This document shows, in pieces, positions 1 through 13,550 of a stretch of 64,000 bases of DNA. The notes below the pieces were generated by a model. The model ran no database searches and was not told where the DNA came from. It saw only the letters and a list, made by a program, of their open reading frames with translations. A program made the translations under genes and the position numbers. Positions within the stretch are counted from its first letter, which is position 1, and the number at the start of each line of letters is the position of its first letter. This DNA comes from the human T2T-CHM13v2.0 reference genome, Homo sapiens: the NCBI RefSeq assembly GCF_009914755.1, contig NC_060930.1; one strand, 5' to 3'.

Positions 1-334
1 GCAAAGATCATGGGATTTGGAAGCAGAAAACCTGAGTTTCTATTTGGACTCTGCCACTTACCAAGTGTAGAACTTTTGGAAAAACCTTGGAAAGTCTTCC
101 TATCTCCATTATGGATCAAGAGTGTGACCTTGGTTCACCCTCTCACCATTCTTTCCTTAATTTTTTTTTCTTATAAATAATAGCTTCCACCTTCCACCCT
201 GCAGAGCAATTGTAAACTTCATAACACATGCGAAGCGCTTGACTCAAAAAACAGGAAGCACTAAGGACTGTTAATTTAACTGGCATCTCATTACTTTTAT
301 AAGAAAGCCTAGCATAAAGAAAAGGTGTGTCCAC

Positions 335-780
335 TGTTATGGGTTGAATTGTGCCCTCCCAAGAAAGATACATTGAAGCTCTACTCCCCAAACCTCAGAA
401 TGTGCCCTTATTTGGAAATAGCAGCATTGCAGATGTCATTAGTTAAGACAAAGTTATACTAGAGTAGAGCAGGCCCTAATCCAATACGGCAGGTGTCTTT
501 ACGAAAAGATAGCATGTGAAGACACAAACATACAAAGAGAAGGCAACCATGTGGTGACAAGAGGAGAGACTGGAGTGATGCTCCTGCAAGCCAAGATTGC
601 TGGCAAACCACCAGAAGTTAGGAAGAGGCAAGGTAGGATTCCCTTACAGGTTTCAGAGGGAGGGTAGCCAGCTGACACTTTAGACTGCTAACCTCCAGAG
701 TTATGAGACAATAAGTTCCTGTTGTTTGAAGCCGCCCAGTTTGTGGTACATTGTTACAGCAGCCCTAGGAAACTGATACA
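335..780 (+). mobile_element. MaLR LTR (MLT1-type)
   Basis: Starts TGTTATGGGTTGAATTGTG and ends GCAGCCCTAGGAAACTGATACA, typical MLT1 termini. Confidence 0.8.
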
Positions 781-1170
781 TCTACACAATGCAATGTCCT
801 TCAGCCATAAAAAGGAATGAAACACTGGCATTGGCTATCATGTGGATGAAATGTGAAAACAGCATGTTCAGTGAAAGAAGCCAGGCACAGAAGACCACAT
901 ATTATATAATTCCATGTATGTAAAGTGTCCAGAATAGGTGAATCCATACAGACTAAACACAGATTAATGGTTGCCAGGGGCTGCAGGAGGGGAGAATAGG
1001 AACTGACGGCTATTGAGTATAAGCTTTCTCTTAAGGGTGATATAAGTGATCTGGAATTAGATAGCAATGATAGTTCCAAATCTTGTGAATATATTTAAAA
1101 TTAAATTGTGTAACTTAAAATGGTGAATTTTATGTGGAATAATAGCAATAAAATTCAATAGAATAAAACA
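781..1170 (+). mobile_element. Old L1 (L1M) 3' end fragment
   Basis: CAGCCATAAAAAGGAATGAA...GAAAGAAGCCAG...ATGGTTGCCAGGGGCTG motifs followed by an A-rich tail. Confidence 0.7.
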
Positions 1171-1899
1171 AAATGAACGACATGAAGCCCAACACCTCAC
1201 TGGAACATGCAAAACCCTTCCTTTATTCTCTGGTGGATCCCATTTCTCGCCATTGTTCAGTGCTCTCTATGCCCCACCATGCTGTCCTACTCTCTTCATC
1301 CTCTGCCTTCTCCCATGCTGTCTGCCTACCTATAGTCCCTCTTTCCCCACGCCCTGTTTTGTTCCTGTGCTGCCCCTTTCTCACCCTGTACTCTTTCACT
1401 TTGAAGTCACTGCCCCAGAACCTTCTCTTTCACTCCACGATTGGGTTGTGTTGACCCACTTGCACATCATATGTTTCTGAGGGCAGAAATGTTGGCCCAT
1501 AATTACAGTTGTCTGGTTATGTCTCTGTCTCCCTCACTAACATGCAAGCCCTACAGAAGCAGGAGCTGTGTCCAGCATGTTCACCAGGGTATCTTCCAAG
1601 TGTATCACATGATACTAGGTGCTCCGTAGACACCTGCTCAATGTCATATAGGTTCTTGGTCTTCTCTTCCAAATAAGGTAGAATAGTTATTTTTCATTTT
1701 ACAGGTGAGAACATTCAAGTTGAAAGAAATGAAGAGAATATTTGATGTCCCGCAATACAGGGGAAAGCCGTTACTGCATCCCAGGAATGTTTGACCATAA
1801 AGCCCTTCCTTGCCCACTAGGCCAGGTATGTCCCATCATAGAGCCCCTCACCCCACTTGCAGGTTACCCTTCCAAAGTGCTGTTCCAAAAGAGCTCACG

Positions 1900-3760
1900 G
1901 AGACAAGGTGATATTGGAGAAGTGATAGACACATAGATCTATGGAAGACATTGGGAAGCTTGGGAATAAACCCACACAATTATAGCTAATTATTGACAAA
2001 GGAACAGCAGCAATTCAACAGAGAAAGGAAGGTCTTTTCAACAGTGTTAAAACAATTGGACAGTCTTTTTTTGTTTTTTGGTTTTTGGTTTTGTTTTTGT
2101 TTTTAAGACGGAGTCTTGCTCTGTCATCCAGGCTGGAGTGCAGTGGCAATCTCGGTTCACTGCAACCTCCGCCTCCTGGGTTCAAGCAATTCTCTGCCTC
2201 AGCGTCCCAAGTAGCTGGGATTACAGGCGCCTGCCACCAGGCCCGGCTAATTTTTTGGATTTTTAGTAGAGATGGGGTTTCACCATCTTGGCCAGTCTGG
2301 TCTTGAACTCCTGACCTCGTGATCCACCAGCCTCGGCCTCCCAAAGTGCTGGGATTACAGGCGTGAGCCACGGCACCCAGTCAACAATTGGACAGTCTTA
2401 TCCAGAATAATGAATCTTGATCTAAACCTCCTAATTTACATGTAACAAATTGCATTAGTTACAATATTAACTCAAAATGGATCGTAGATCTAAGCATAAA
2501 ATATAAAAATATATAATGCTTAGACTAAAACATAGGAGAAAAAATTTTTCCAATCTAGTTAGGCAAAGAGTTCATAGATGTGACACTGAAAGCAAAGTAT
2601 AGCAAAAGGCAAAAATAAATTCAATAAGTTGTACTTCATCAAAATTATAACTTTTGTTCTGTAAAATACATTGTTAAGTGAATGAAAAGATGAGCTGTAG
2701 ATTTGGAGAAAATATTTTAAAAAAGCACACGTCTGACAAGGACTCATATTCAGAACACTTAAGAATGCTCAAGCCAACCCAATTAAAACAATCAATCCAA
2801 TTCAAAAACAAGAAAACAAAACCAGTTTCAGAAATGAGACAAAGACTCAGACACAAACTTCAGCAACGAGGGCACGCAGCAGGCAGAGCAGCCCAGACAA
2901 GGTACTCAATACTATGACTCACTAGGGGACTACAAATCAAAACCACAGTGAGATCCTGTTACACACCCATTAGAATGTCTAAAATAAAAACCACAGACAC
3001 TAGTAGTGCCGGCGAGGATGTGGAGCAACAGGACTAACACATCGCTGCCAGGAAAGCAAAATGGCACAGCTGCACTGGAAAGCAATTTGTTTCTTGTAAG
3101 GTTACACATATACTTACCACGGGAACCAGCAATCTCAGCCCTGGTATTTCTCCTAAAGACATAAAAGCTTATGTCCACACAGACACCCGTACACAAACTG
3201 TTATAAAAGCTCCAGTCATAATAGGCAAAACCCAGAAGCAAACTAAATGTCCTTTAACAGGTGAACGTGTAAACAAACTATGGTGCATCCATACAATGGA
3301 GTACTGTTCAGCAAAAAAAAAAAAATACTACACTGTATACACACACAGGTACACACACATATATCTCCTAATGTTAGCAGAATTTTTTTAATGTGTAATA
3401 CAGCATTGTTTACTATAGGTAGGATGTTATGCATCGAATCTCTAGAATTTAATCATCTTCCATACCCGAAATTTTACACAAGCTGAAAAGCAACTCCTCA
3501 TGTCCCTCTTCTCACCTCCCAGTAACCCCCATTCTACATTCTGCTTCTATGGGTTTAACTATTTTAGGTACTTTATCTCAGTGGAATTATACAGTATATG
3601 TCTTTTCGTGACTGGCTTGTCTCACTTAGCACAGCGTCTTCCAGGTTCATCCATGTTGCAAATGGCAGGATTTCCTTCTTTTGCATGGCTGGATAATATT
3701 CCATTGTGAGGATAGCCTCCATTTCCTTTCATCTCTCAATGGACATGAGGTTGTTTCCAC
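1900..3760. mobile_element. Old L1M fragments (mixed orientation) hosting an Alu
   Basis: A-rich L1 ORF2/3'UTR-like sequence (CAAATCAAAACCACAGTGAGA, GAGGATGTGGAGCAAC); T-rich antisense L1 part at about 3390-3760. Confidence 0.6.
2068..2382 (-). mobile_element. AluS element
   Basis: Reverse Alu consensus; 17-bp TSD AACAATTGGACAGTCTT at 2051-2067 and 2383-2399. Confidence 0.95.
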
Positions 3761-6321
3761 ATGGCTGTGTGGGAGCAAGGGGGTTTCTTAGCCACTGGAG
3801 CGTCCCATTGGGATGGGGCACTGGTGGTGACCCCTAAGCAGGGATGTGCCCTAATGGACTTGCATCTGATAGGGTCTCCAGGCCACTATGGCCCCATGCC
3901 TGGGTGAGGTTAAGAGTTAAAGAGTAGAAAACAGGAGGCCAGTGAGGGGGCATTTTTGGGCCCATGGGAAGGTTTCTGAGGAGATGGAAGGGCTGCAGGT
4001 ATAGGTTCCCAATATGTCCCCACCCCAGTTCAATTTCAATGACCAAGGGAGATAGCAGAGGTAAAGAAAACAGATAAGAGGGGGTCACCTGACACCTGGT
4101 GGACAGAAGCTGACATCCAAGAGGTGATTCCACCCACCTCCCTCCTGAGCTTCCTCCTTCCTCAGGTCCAGTTAAGCAGGGGACCTGGTCAGTGGTGCCT
4201 AGTCACCTGCCACTGTGTGACCTCAGACAGGAGATTTGTCCTGGGAGCCTCCTTCCCTCCATCTATAAAAGGGGAATGGACACAGCAGCCCAGAAGGCTT
4301 CGAGGAGGAGGAGGACGTGAGAAGGTGTGCTGAATCCTGCCCTGCTGAGCATGTAGGCCTAAAATTTTACACACAAACTGAGTCCCTATGAGGAAAGGGC
4401 AAGCCCTCTGCCCTCTGCCCTTCCTATGTCTGCATATCCAGAACTGCCTCAGGTGGAGAGGGCAGAGACTAGGGAGCACCCATAGATGCTCTGATGCTGG
4501 CCACAGCCCTTGGGGGTGACAGTGATGAGGACCTGGGTGCACATGTGGTGGAGCAGCCAAGACCAGCCAGAGAAGAGACACACTCATGCACACACGTGTT
4601 CACAACATACACATTCACACTCACACACAAACACATTGAATGCATGCGTGTTGACAGTTCAAGGAGTAGAGGACACTGGACCTGGGCCCTGCTGACCCAG
4701 GCAGGGCCCCACTCTGATGGGTGCTGTAACCCCAGACGTCACTGTTGCTGAACATCTGCCTGCCTCTGAGTTGTGGAGCAGCTGGAGACACACAGTGGTG
4801 TCTGTGAGTGTCTCTGTGTGCAGGACCCTTTTCTAAGTGAGAGGCACATCTCAGCACAGCTGACTGATCATTCTCGGGTAAGTGTGACCTGCTGTCTCCC
4901 CTTCCTGCTGACATGGGGGCAGATGCTACCAGATGGCATCACTGGCCTCCAGGGCGCTGTGGAGGGTAATGTCGCTGAGCTCCCACCAGGTGCTTTCTCT
5001 TCACTGACCATGTATTGCAGCCGTCTCATTCACCCTCACACTGACTTCGTGGAATGGGTGCTAATGTACCCATTTGAAGATGAGATGCCTGAGGTCAGAG
5101 GGGAGGCAACTGACCCAGGGACCCAGATGTGACTCTGGACTGTGATCTCAGCCCTGCCTTGTGCTGTCCTGCACTCAACTCCTGGCCTTTGCAGCCTTCC
5201 TGCCTTAGATACAAAATCTGCTGAGGATTCTGGACCCCAGTGGGGGTAGAACCTGGCTCTGGAAGAGCCACAGGAATGGGGGGCCCTGTGGGTGGGGTTA
5301 GAGGCATCCCTCAGTCCAAGTCTGTGCAAGAAAAAGTTCCCCAGAGGCAGGGATCTTATCCATTCAGACTTTAAGTGTGGGCTCTGATGGTTACTGTGGG
5401 ACCCACCAGGCACTGGAGTTTTCCAGTTTGGGAGCAGAGCTGGGAGCCCTCTGGCCTCGAATAGTTGTGGAAAATGAAGAAACCCTGGAGGTCTGGCCGA
5501 AAGGTGACAGTCATTCCTCCTGTTCTCTGAGGCCTGGGGACAGGGGTTTAACCTGCAAGGCCCTCTCTCTGACCTGTCCTCCAGACGTATCACCTTCCCT
5601 TTGTCTCAGGTATTCCCAGGAGAGATGGCCCCTCTGGGTGTTCTCCAGAACCTGTCCCCAAGAGTTCACTTGTTCTTTGGTGACCTGGGAAAACAAAGCC
5701 TCTTCCTGTATCAACTGCTCAGGACTGTGGAATCTGCCCTCCCTCCACCAAAGGGAGGCTGCTTTGGAGACAATAGATCAAGCCTTCTCCGAATCAAACA
5801 TCCTCCTTCTTGACTGGTGTTATTCTTCAAATGGATTCACTGGCCACAGTGAGTAAAGATTTGAGTGGAACAGAACACTCATGAGATTTCTTCTTTCCTA
5901 TAGAAAACTGGGCATCTTCATGGTGTCTGAACAATAGCAGGAGGCTGATCATATAGAGATTTCTGGTTCCTGGCCCTAGTCTGCCTCCAGGTGTCCATTA
6001 TAGTCATCATGGCCCTTCACCCTGAGCAGGTAGATGCCGTTCATCCTGCTGTGGAGTGTGTGCCCATTTCAGGACATTTAGGGACAACAAGTCTTGTTGT
6101 CTAGGTCTCCTTGTTTTAAAGTCCTCAGGAAAGGGCCCACCTCTGGTCAGGCCCAGGGACTCCAGAAATCCTGGCAGAGGTGGGGCCATTTGGCTTGGTC
6201 CCATTGTCCTGGGGGTGTTGGTGAAATGAAGTTCACCCGGCTGGCATCTGGGAGCAGATGTATGGGGTGTTCTCTAAAGCTCTCAGGTGCCATGTAATTT
6301 TGGGAGTATTTTGTCTTATAG

Positions 6322-6394
6322 GGTGGATATGGACAAAGACATGGATATCCTGCTCGCCCAGGAGTAAAGGGACATCATTGCCAAGTATAAGCAG
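6322..6394 (+). pseudogene. TBC pseudogene first coding exon remnant
   Basis: tag|G GTG GAT ATG... = (V)DMDKDMDILLAQE*RDIIAKYKQ versus TBC1D3 [24 protein letters not shown]; start codon is GTG, TAA at 6365-6367, donor lost (ACACAG). Confidence 0.85.
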
Positions 6395-6565
6395 ACACAG
6401 GTCAGGCTGCTCCCTCCAGGGAGGCGGGTCTCACCTCTCCCTCTGTTCCCTGGTCTGATGGTCCTGGACTCCTTCGGGATGCAGGGCAAGGATGAGCTGC
6501 CCACACGCCCATACCCAACAACTTTTATTTTGGCCTCCCTCACCCTCTCTCCCTCTGCCTTGCAG

Positions 6566-6647
6566 GTTGCTGATCCAGGGCACCAGTGGACACAGGAGAT
6601 GAAGATGTTTACATCTACAAGGTCATCAGTCAGCTTGAGATTCCACA
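6566..6647 (+). pseudogene. TBC pseudogene exon remnant
   Basis: Polypyrimidine tract-cag acceptor; APVDTGDEDVYIYKVISQLEIP resembles USP6NL EDADYLVYKVTDRFGFLH; GTGAGT donor at 6648. Confidence 0.75.
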
Positions 6648-6675
6648 GTGAGTCAGTCTTCTGTCCTCCCAACCA

Positions 6676-6987
6676 ATTGCCAAGACCAGCTCGGTCGTGG
6701 AGACCCTAACCCAGTGGCGCTAGAGGAATTAAAGACACAGACACAGAAATAGAGTGTAGAGTGGGAATCAGGGGCTGATAGCCTTCAGAGCTGAGAGCCA
6801 TGAATGGAGTTAGACCCACATATTAATTGACAGTAAGCCAGTGATAAGCATTGCTTCTATAGATTATATATTAGCTAAAAGCATTCCTTATGGGAAACAA
6901 AGCATTCTTAGCGAGGAGCAGAGAAACAGGCCCTGGCTGATATCTGCAGCAAAAGCATGTTGTTAAGGCAAAAAAGCATGTTGTTAA
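6676..6987 (-). mobile_element. Truncated ERV LTR (MER9-like)
   Basis: GGAGACCCTAACCCAGTGGCGCTAGAGGAATTAAAGACAC matches my recall of the reverse MER9 consensus. Confidence 0.7.
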
Positions 6988-7074
6988 GGAATCCCCCTGC
7001 AGATGTGGAGTCAGGCATGGTCACTCCTGCTGGACGTTAAGAAGGTGAAGGCTGAAAACCCAAGTAAGTACCAG
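6988..7074 (+). pseudogene. TBC pseudogene exon remnant (TBC motif A)
   Basis: GIPLQMWSQAWSLLLDVKKVKAENPSKYQ|gtatgg versus TBC1D3 [29 protein letters not shown]; 5' end missing. Confidence 0.9.
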
Positions 7075-7603
7075 GTATGGTCCTTCCACACTCAGCCACA
7101 GCGGAAGAAACAGGCCAGGCCATGTCAGGAGCCCAGGTCTCTAGCTAGAGGAAAAGTCAAGCCTGAGTGATGGTCAGTCCCATATCCTAGGCACAGACGA
7201 TGGCATGGGAACCACAAGTGAACTGGGCTCTGGTGACCCTCAGTGGCTTTGGAAATAAGATAGAGAAGGATATTTCTGCAAAAAAAAAAAAAAAAAATCG
7301 TCTTTCCTTCCAGAAGTGCTGAATGATTGCTGTTTGTGGTAGTGAGCCTTTTGTCTGTTATAAGGCTGGTTCCTTCCTGAGGAACCAGCCCTTTAGCCCT
7401 GCCCTAAAGAAAATAAAGGAGCAGGGCTCCTATACAGGGCTCTCACTGTAAAGCAACTGCGGGAGAGTGAGCCCCAGGGAAGGACCAGCCCCATCCTCAT
7501 CCACCACAGGTTATCAGTCCAGGTGGCCACTTAGGGAAGGGAAGAGGGTCTTTCTATGGGCTCACACTCAGGAGGGCCTAGGATTTGGGAGCAGAGGGAG
7601 CAG

Positions 7604-7713
7604 AAAATAAAGCAGCAGGGCAAGATGTCCTCAGCGAAAATAAACCAGATTGACCTGGACATGAAGTGCACCTTCAGACACCATGTCATGTTTTGGGAGC
7701 ACTACAGAGTCAG
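7604..7713 (+). pseudogene. TBC pseudogene exon remnant (Arg-finger exon)
   Basis: cag|KIKQQGKMSSAKINQIDLDMKCTFRHHVMFWEHYRV|gtaagg versus TBC1D3 [37 protein letters not shown]. Confidence 0.9.
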
Positions 7714-10109
7714 GTAAGGCCTATGGGGGATGGAGGGTCCCAGGGGAGACGGAGGAATTCAGAGGAATAGGGGCATCCCATGCAGGAGTCCAAGATAGGA
7801 CGTGACAGAGCCCCCCAAGGGCTCTCTTGGCCAGGGAGCAGCCAGCATCACAGAGCATCTACTGAGCTCCAAACCATGGGCCGAGCTGGGGCATGTGGGT
7901 CCAGAACCCAAGTGGCTACTGAGGAAACAAGCGGTAGCAAACACAATCATGCTGCATGGTGAAAAGTTCTCTCTATGACCCACAAGTACCTGAGGTAGAG
8001 ACCCACAAGAGGGGCTCAGACTTCACAGGCAACACTGACAACACCAAACACCATAGAGGATGTGGAGCCACAAGAACTCTGTGCATTGCTGCTGCAAAAT
8101 GCTGCTGCTGCTGAATGCAAAATGGTACAGCCGCCTTGGAAGACAGTTGGGAATTGCTCACAAAGCTAAATGTACTTGTACCACGTGACCACAAGTGTCA
8201 TAGACGTTGACCTAGCTGACTTGAAAATGTATGTACACCTAAAACCTACATGTCACATTCACTGCCTTATTCATTATCACTAAAACCTAGAAGCTACTGA
8301 GATGACCTTCAACACAGGTCCCAGGGGAGATGGAGGAATTCAGGGGAATGGGCGCATCCCATGAAATGAGGTTATACCTGTTTGGTATAATAAAATTACA
8401 GGTTAAATCTATAAATATAAATTATAATTATAGATTATTAGGTTACATTTATTTGGTATAATAAAATTATACAGTAGGTATTGTCAAATATGAAATTAAT
8501 ATCTAATGATTGTATTATACCAAATAAGGCAAATATGTGTCTTTTGGACTTAAGGGGACCTAATATCAAAAAAATTAATGAGTCAAAAGGACTGAATTTA
8601 GAATTTAATTTTGAAAAAATCAAATATCAAAACTTTAAAACACCTGCTATCACAAAATAGGATCATTGGTCATTGGTCATTGTAAAATAAGTCATTCATT
8701 TAACCAAAGTGATAACTCAAAGATTTCAAAAAAAAAAAAGTCAAAAGACAAAACCATTACTCTTTGAGAGAGGAGACTTAATTTTCCAAACAATAAGCCC
8801 TAATAAAGATAGCATGAGGCCAATGAAATCTGTTTCTCAAATCTTATAAACAAATCTATTAAATTTTAATGATCTTCACCATACTATATAATTTCCAAAA
8901 ACCTTTTTGTAACATTTTATAATTTTTTAAATGAAAAAGTGGGTTAATACTCCAAGAAAACCTTGTTAATCTGACACAGGAGCTCAGAGGTTAGTCTTGC
9001 ATCAGTGAGCCTTTGATACTAATCTTTACAGAGAAACTGTAACCAAGATAAAACCAATTTTATCTTTCAAAATAGGCTCTTACAATCGCATGTACCCACA
9101 TCTTCCACAATAGCCCCTGGACTTTGAGGGGTAAGATAGTTTCAATTTCTGGCCCTGTGTTTCATGAGTGCAGTTTCTTTTGATTATCATCTTCTCCTGG
9201 TTCTGAAGATACGGTTTTAGAAGCTTTCAGTGTTTAAGATTTAGCAGGACTTGGTGTCCTTTTTAGATACAGGAGTCAAAGCCCTGTAACTCAACAGAAC
9301 AAGGACTTTAAAAGCAATACAGAACATTGTATGGATGTTAATAACTTTAATTTTTTAAATCTCAGTTTTCCTAGGCAAATAAAAAACTTAATGACATAGG
9401 AATTGTTTCAATAAAATATAAAATCTGTTTGTTAGGCCAGTTACCAAAAGGCAAAAAATAAATAAAAGACCTGCAGCAATTGCTTTTCCCTAGACTTCAA
9501 GTCAAAACTAATGAAAATGGTACTTGAATTAGTTAGATATAGGAAGGGTGTGTCTTGCATCATAAGTGAAAATTTTCAGTTTCATAGAAAAACTTCAAAC
9601 CAAGAGCACAGAATGTTATATTGGAAGAAAATATTTCCTTTAGACCTTTAAGATAAAACACTTTTAGCATCATGTCACAGTAGCAGTTAGAACCTGAGGA
9701 AAAAAAATTATAGAAACTGACAAGAAAGTTGGAGAGAGCGATTATCTCAGGACTTATGAAGGGGAGAGAAAGGTGAAAACAGTGAGATTCAATAAAAGTT
9801 GAAATCTGGGGTAAAAAAATTAAAATATCTTGTAATTTGTTAAGAGTAAATTAATATCTTAAGAAAATTTTGTTCTTCTAGCCCATTCTTGAGTGGATTA
9901 GCATATTTTTAATATACACTAAGTGCAAAAGCACAGTCTCTAGAAAGACTAATTTCCTTTTAATTATAGCCAACTTGATCAAATAAATTCTTTTCTCATA
10001 AAGTCTCTTTTTACAAACCTTACTATGACTTACACAAGCCACTTATGACATGCCTAGACTTCCTGTTTTATCCTAAACAGCTTCTTTCCTAAATAACCAA
10101 TCATTTTAT

Positions 10110-10445
10110 CTTCTTTTTCTTTTTTTTAAGATTTCTTTGTTGTTGCTGCTGTTGTTGCTGCTGTTGTTTCCTTGAGACAAGGTCTCTCTCTCTGTGTCAC
10201 CCAGGCTGGGGTGTAGTGGCATGATCACAGCTCACTGCAGCCTTGACCCACCCAGGCTCAAGCAATCCTCCCATTTCAACCTCCCAGGTAGCTGGGACTA
10301 TAGATGTGCACCAGCATACTCAGTTAATTTTCTGTGTTTTTTGTATAGACAGGGTTTTACCATGTTGCCCAGGCTGGTCTGGAACTCCCAGGCTCAAGCA
10401 ATCTGCTCACCTCAGCCTTACAAAGTGCTAGGATTACATGCATGA
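10110..10445 (-). mobile_element. AluJ-type element
   Basis: Diverged reverse Alu consensus with a T-rich/(GTT,GCT) tail. Confidence 0.85.
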
Positions 10446-12502
10446 GCTATTTGCATCCAGCCATTTTATTTTAGAACAAACATTTACCATGCAAGATTTT
10501 TTTCTCATATAAAATTTTCCTTTTAACCTTTCTTACCAAAAATATCTCTTTATATTTTTAACTGTCTTTATATCGCTCTTATTTAGTGGTTCCTTTTATC
10601 TTGTTTCATAACCTTTAAATAACCTTTGAATTCAACAAAAATTATTTTCCTTTAAATAAGAACATATTCTTAGCAAAATGTTTTTCTGTAATTTTTTTAA
10701 TTGTGAATGACCCAGACATTTAATAAATGCCTGTTATGTAATATAACTTTAGATTCTAAATTATATTATGCTTATTTACAAGCATTCCTTCCATTACATT
10801 TACCTAACTTATTTTTAATAGTTTACCTAGATTACTTATGAAAACTGTGATAATCAACATTTAAAGGTATTTTCCTGTTAATCATTTATATAGCCTGTGA
10901 ATTTCAGGTGTTTACCTAAGTAAGAAGCTTAAGGTTAAACAAATGAGTTTTTCGCCAATAACTCAGGATAAATGACTTATTTATCAAAAAAAATTACACA
11001 AGGATAATTATCTTTTGAGTTACATTTATAATTTTATAACCGTCATGCCAAATTTTGACACCTTATGTATATTAGCATTTAATCAAGCTGACTTTTAACC
11101 ACTGAGCTTTAAAAATCCTTTAAAATCTCATTGCTGTAACCGAGTACACCCATTTTCCTGAGACATCAATTATTATTTTTTTTCTTTCCTTTTCTTGTTC
11201 CTTCAGTTCCCCACTCCCTACTTAGGCTTTTAGGAATGCAAATATAGCCTTTTACCTCCCCATTACCGGACTCTCCCTACAGTGCAAGTTCATCTAACTA
11301 CACGCTCAAACTGGAAAGTCAACTTGAGAATTAACAGTTGATTTATAAACCAATCATGCCCACTGTGGAACTCTCACTCTTTAGGAGGTTGTCTCAAGAG
11401 ATAACAGCCTGCCCATGAAGGTGCCAGCAGTCACAAGCTGATTGCCCCGTAGATAAGGCACAAGAGCTAGCATGGACCCCCCGCCACCACCCTTGCTCAC
11501 TTCCTCCCCTGCTTTTTAAAAGTGAAGCCATATGGAGGACACCTGCATTTCTTCCCCTAAGCTAGTTTTGGAAATAAATTACTTTCTTTATACCAGACTT
11601 CACTTTTGTTAATTGGACTCTGCAAGCAACAAGCGACTAACCTGCATTTTGGTTACATTACCATGTTTTAGGTGGGACAAACTTCTAATATTTCAAATGT
11701 AACACAAATATCAAACCAGTAAAGACTTTATTTAGGAACCAAACCCAGGCTGCCATGGTGGAAAAAGGGCAGAACCTTAGCTACTGAACTACAGCATGGG
11801 GCAACCACTATTGCTATTTCAGTTTGGCTTGGCTAGCAAAGGGTTGTTTTGTTATGTAAATAAAGCCCTTCAGGTAATTGAAATCTTTCTTGCTTCGATG
11901 GCTGATTTTTCTTTTTTTTCTCTTTGTTTTTCCAGCTTCAGGAATTTAGCCAGTTCAGAGGTCTTGTTCCCCATAATTTAGAACTTTCCTTCAGGTTTGA
12001 CCAAGTCAACTAGAGTGGTCAAACCCAATGGAAAAAAGACTAAAACAACAAAAACAGAACCAAACAAATAAACAACAACAAAAAAGTAAAGCAAAACAAA
12101 TGATTGCACAATTTATAAGATTACTGAGCACTCTAATGGTAAGGAGGAATCAAGACCAGCTGGTAGTTAATCTTAACTTTCAGAGAATTTCCAAGACAAA
12201 CCCCATTTCAGCTACTTATGTAGGAATAAGGCCCAGGTTGAAGATTGCTCTCTATCATCCTAGAAGCAGGAAAAAAACTCAAAACTCATCTTCCCTGTTG
12301 GAAGCAAGCTGAAACTCTGGAAAGGAGTTGCCTGCTTTCCATTATCATGGATTCAGAAAAACTCATCTTTTTGGATGCAAGTAAAACTCTAGAAAAGGAG
12401 TTGAACAGCAAAATAAACCTTAGATCTCAACAACATTTTGAGAAATCAGGGATTCTCTGGAGATGATACCTCCCAGGCCTCAGCAAATCGTCCTGTTGGT
12501 TT

Positions 12503-13216
12503 TGTTACTGGCAGCAAATCCATATGGGTCTGCAGCAATCTCAATTCTTGCCTTCTCAGAAGAAAGAATTCGACTGAGGGGCATACGGCAGAGTGAAAGA
12601 TTGAGGCAAGTTTTAGAGCCAAGAGTGAAAATTTATTAAAAAGCTTTAGAGCAGAAACTGAAGAAAGTAAAGTCCACTTGAAAGAGGGCCGAGTGGGTGA
12701 CTTGAGAGATCAAGTTCATGGTTTGATCTTTGACTTGGGGTTTCATACATTGGCATGCCTCTTGGGGCGGGGGAGTGGTTTGCATCTCTTCTCCCTTGAT
12801 TTTTCCCTTGGGGTGGGCTGTCCACGTGCACAGTGGCCTGCCAGCACTTGGAAGGGGCAACATACACAATGTGTTTACCAAAATTGTACACATGCTCACT
12901 TAAGGCATTCTTCCCTTACCAGCCGAGTGTTCCTGGAGAAAGGTTATATACTGGTTCAACTCTGCCATTTTGCCTGTTAGTGCACATGCTTAAGTCCACT
13001 AGCCCACCTCCTGAGATCTTATTGGGAAGCTGCTGATTACCAACTTGAGGTGTTTCTATTGGGAGGCTGCCTTTCCCTGGCACCGGCTGCAGCCAATTAT
13101 TATTTTCAAGAGGCAGTTTAACAACCTCCTGACCACCATCTGATGGTTGCCTGACATTCCTGGGCGAGGGTCCCTCTCCTGACCTATTCATGTCTGACTA
13201 ATTACCTATTGTAACA
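12503..13216 (-). mobile_element. Solo LTR, MER50-like
   Basis: TGTTAC...GTAACA termini; 4-bp TSD GTTT on both sides; recalled MER50 motifs CCAGGAATGTCAGGCAACCATCAG and GCAGCTTCCCAATAAGATCTCAGGAG on the minus strand. Confidence 0.8.
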
Positions 13217-13240
13217 GTTTGAACAATAAAGATAGCTCAA

Positions 13241-13550
13241 GGCCAGACATGGTGGTTCATGCCTGTAATCCCCGCTCTTTGGGAGGCCTTGCAAGGCCAG
13301 AGGATTTCTTGAGCCCAGGAGTTCAAGACCAGCCTGGGCAACAAGGCAAAACCCTGTCTCTATGAAAATTACAAAAATTAGCCCGGTGTGGTGGCACAAG
13401 CCTGTAGTCCCAGCTACTCAGGAGGCTGAGGTGGAAGGATCACCTGAGCCCGGGAGGTGGAGGCTACAGTGAGCAGGGATCGTGCCACTGCACTTCAACC
13501 TGGGTGACAGAGTGAAACACTGTCTCAAAATTAAAACAGATAAAATAAAA
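13241..13550 (+). mobile_element. AluJ-type element
   Basis: GGCCAGACATGGTGG...GCCTGTAATCCC...A-rich tail. Confidence 0.9.

Noticed and set aside
2015-2371. Alu-derived ORFs here and at the other Alus
   Set aside because: Generic Alu translations, not genes
4262-4275. CTATAAAAGG TATA-like box upstream of the TBC pseudogene
   Set aside because: The context (TGTGTGACCTCAGACA...CTCCATCTATAAAAGGGGAAT) resembles a MIR core, so it is not evidence of a promoter
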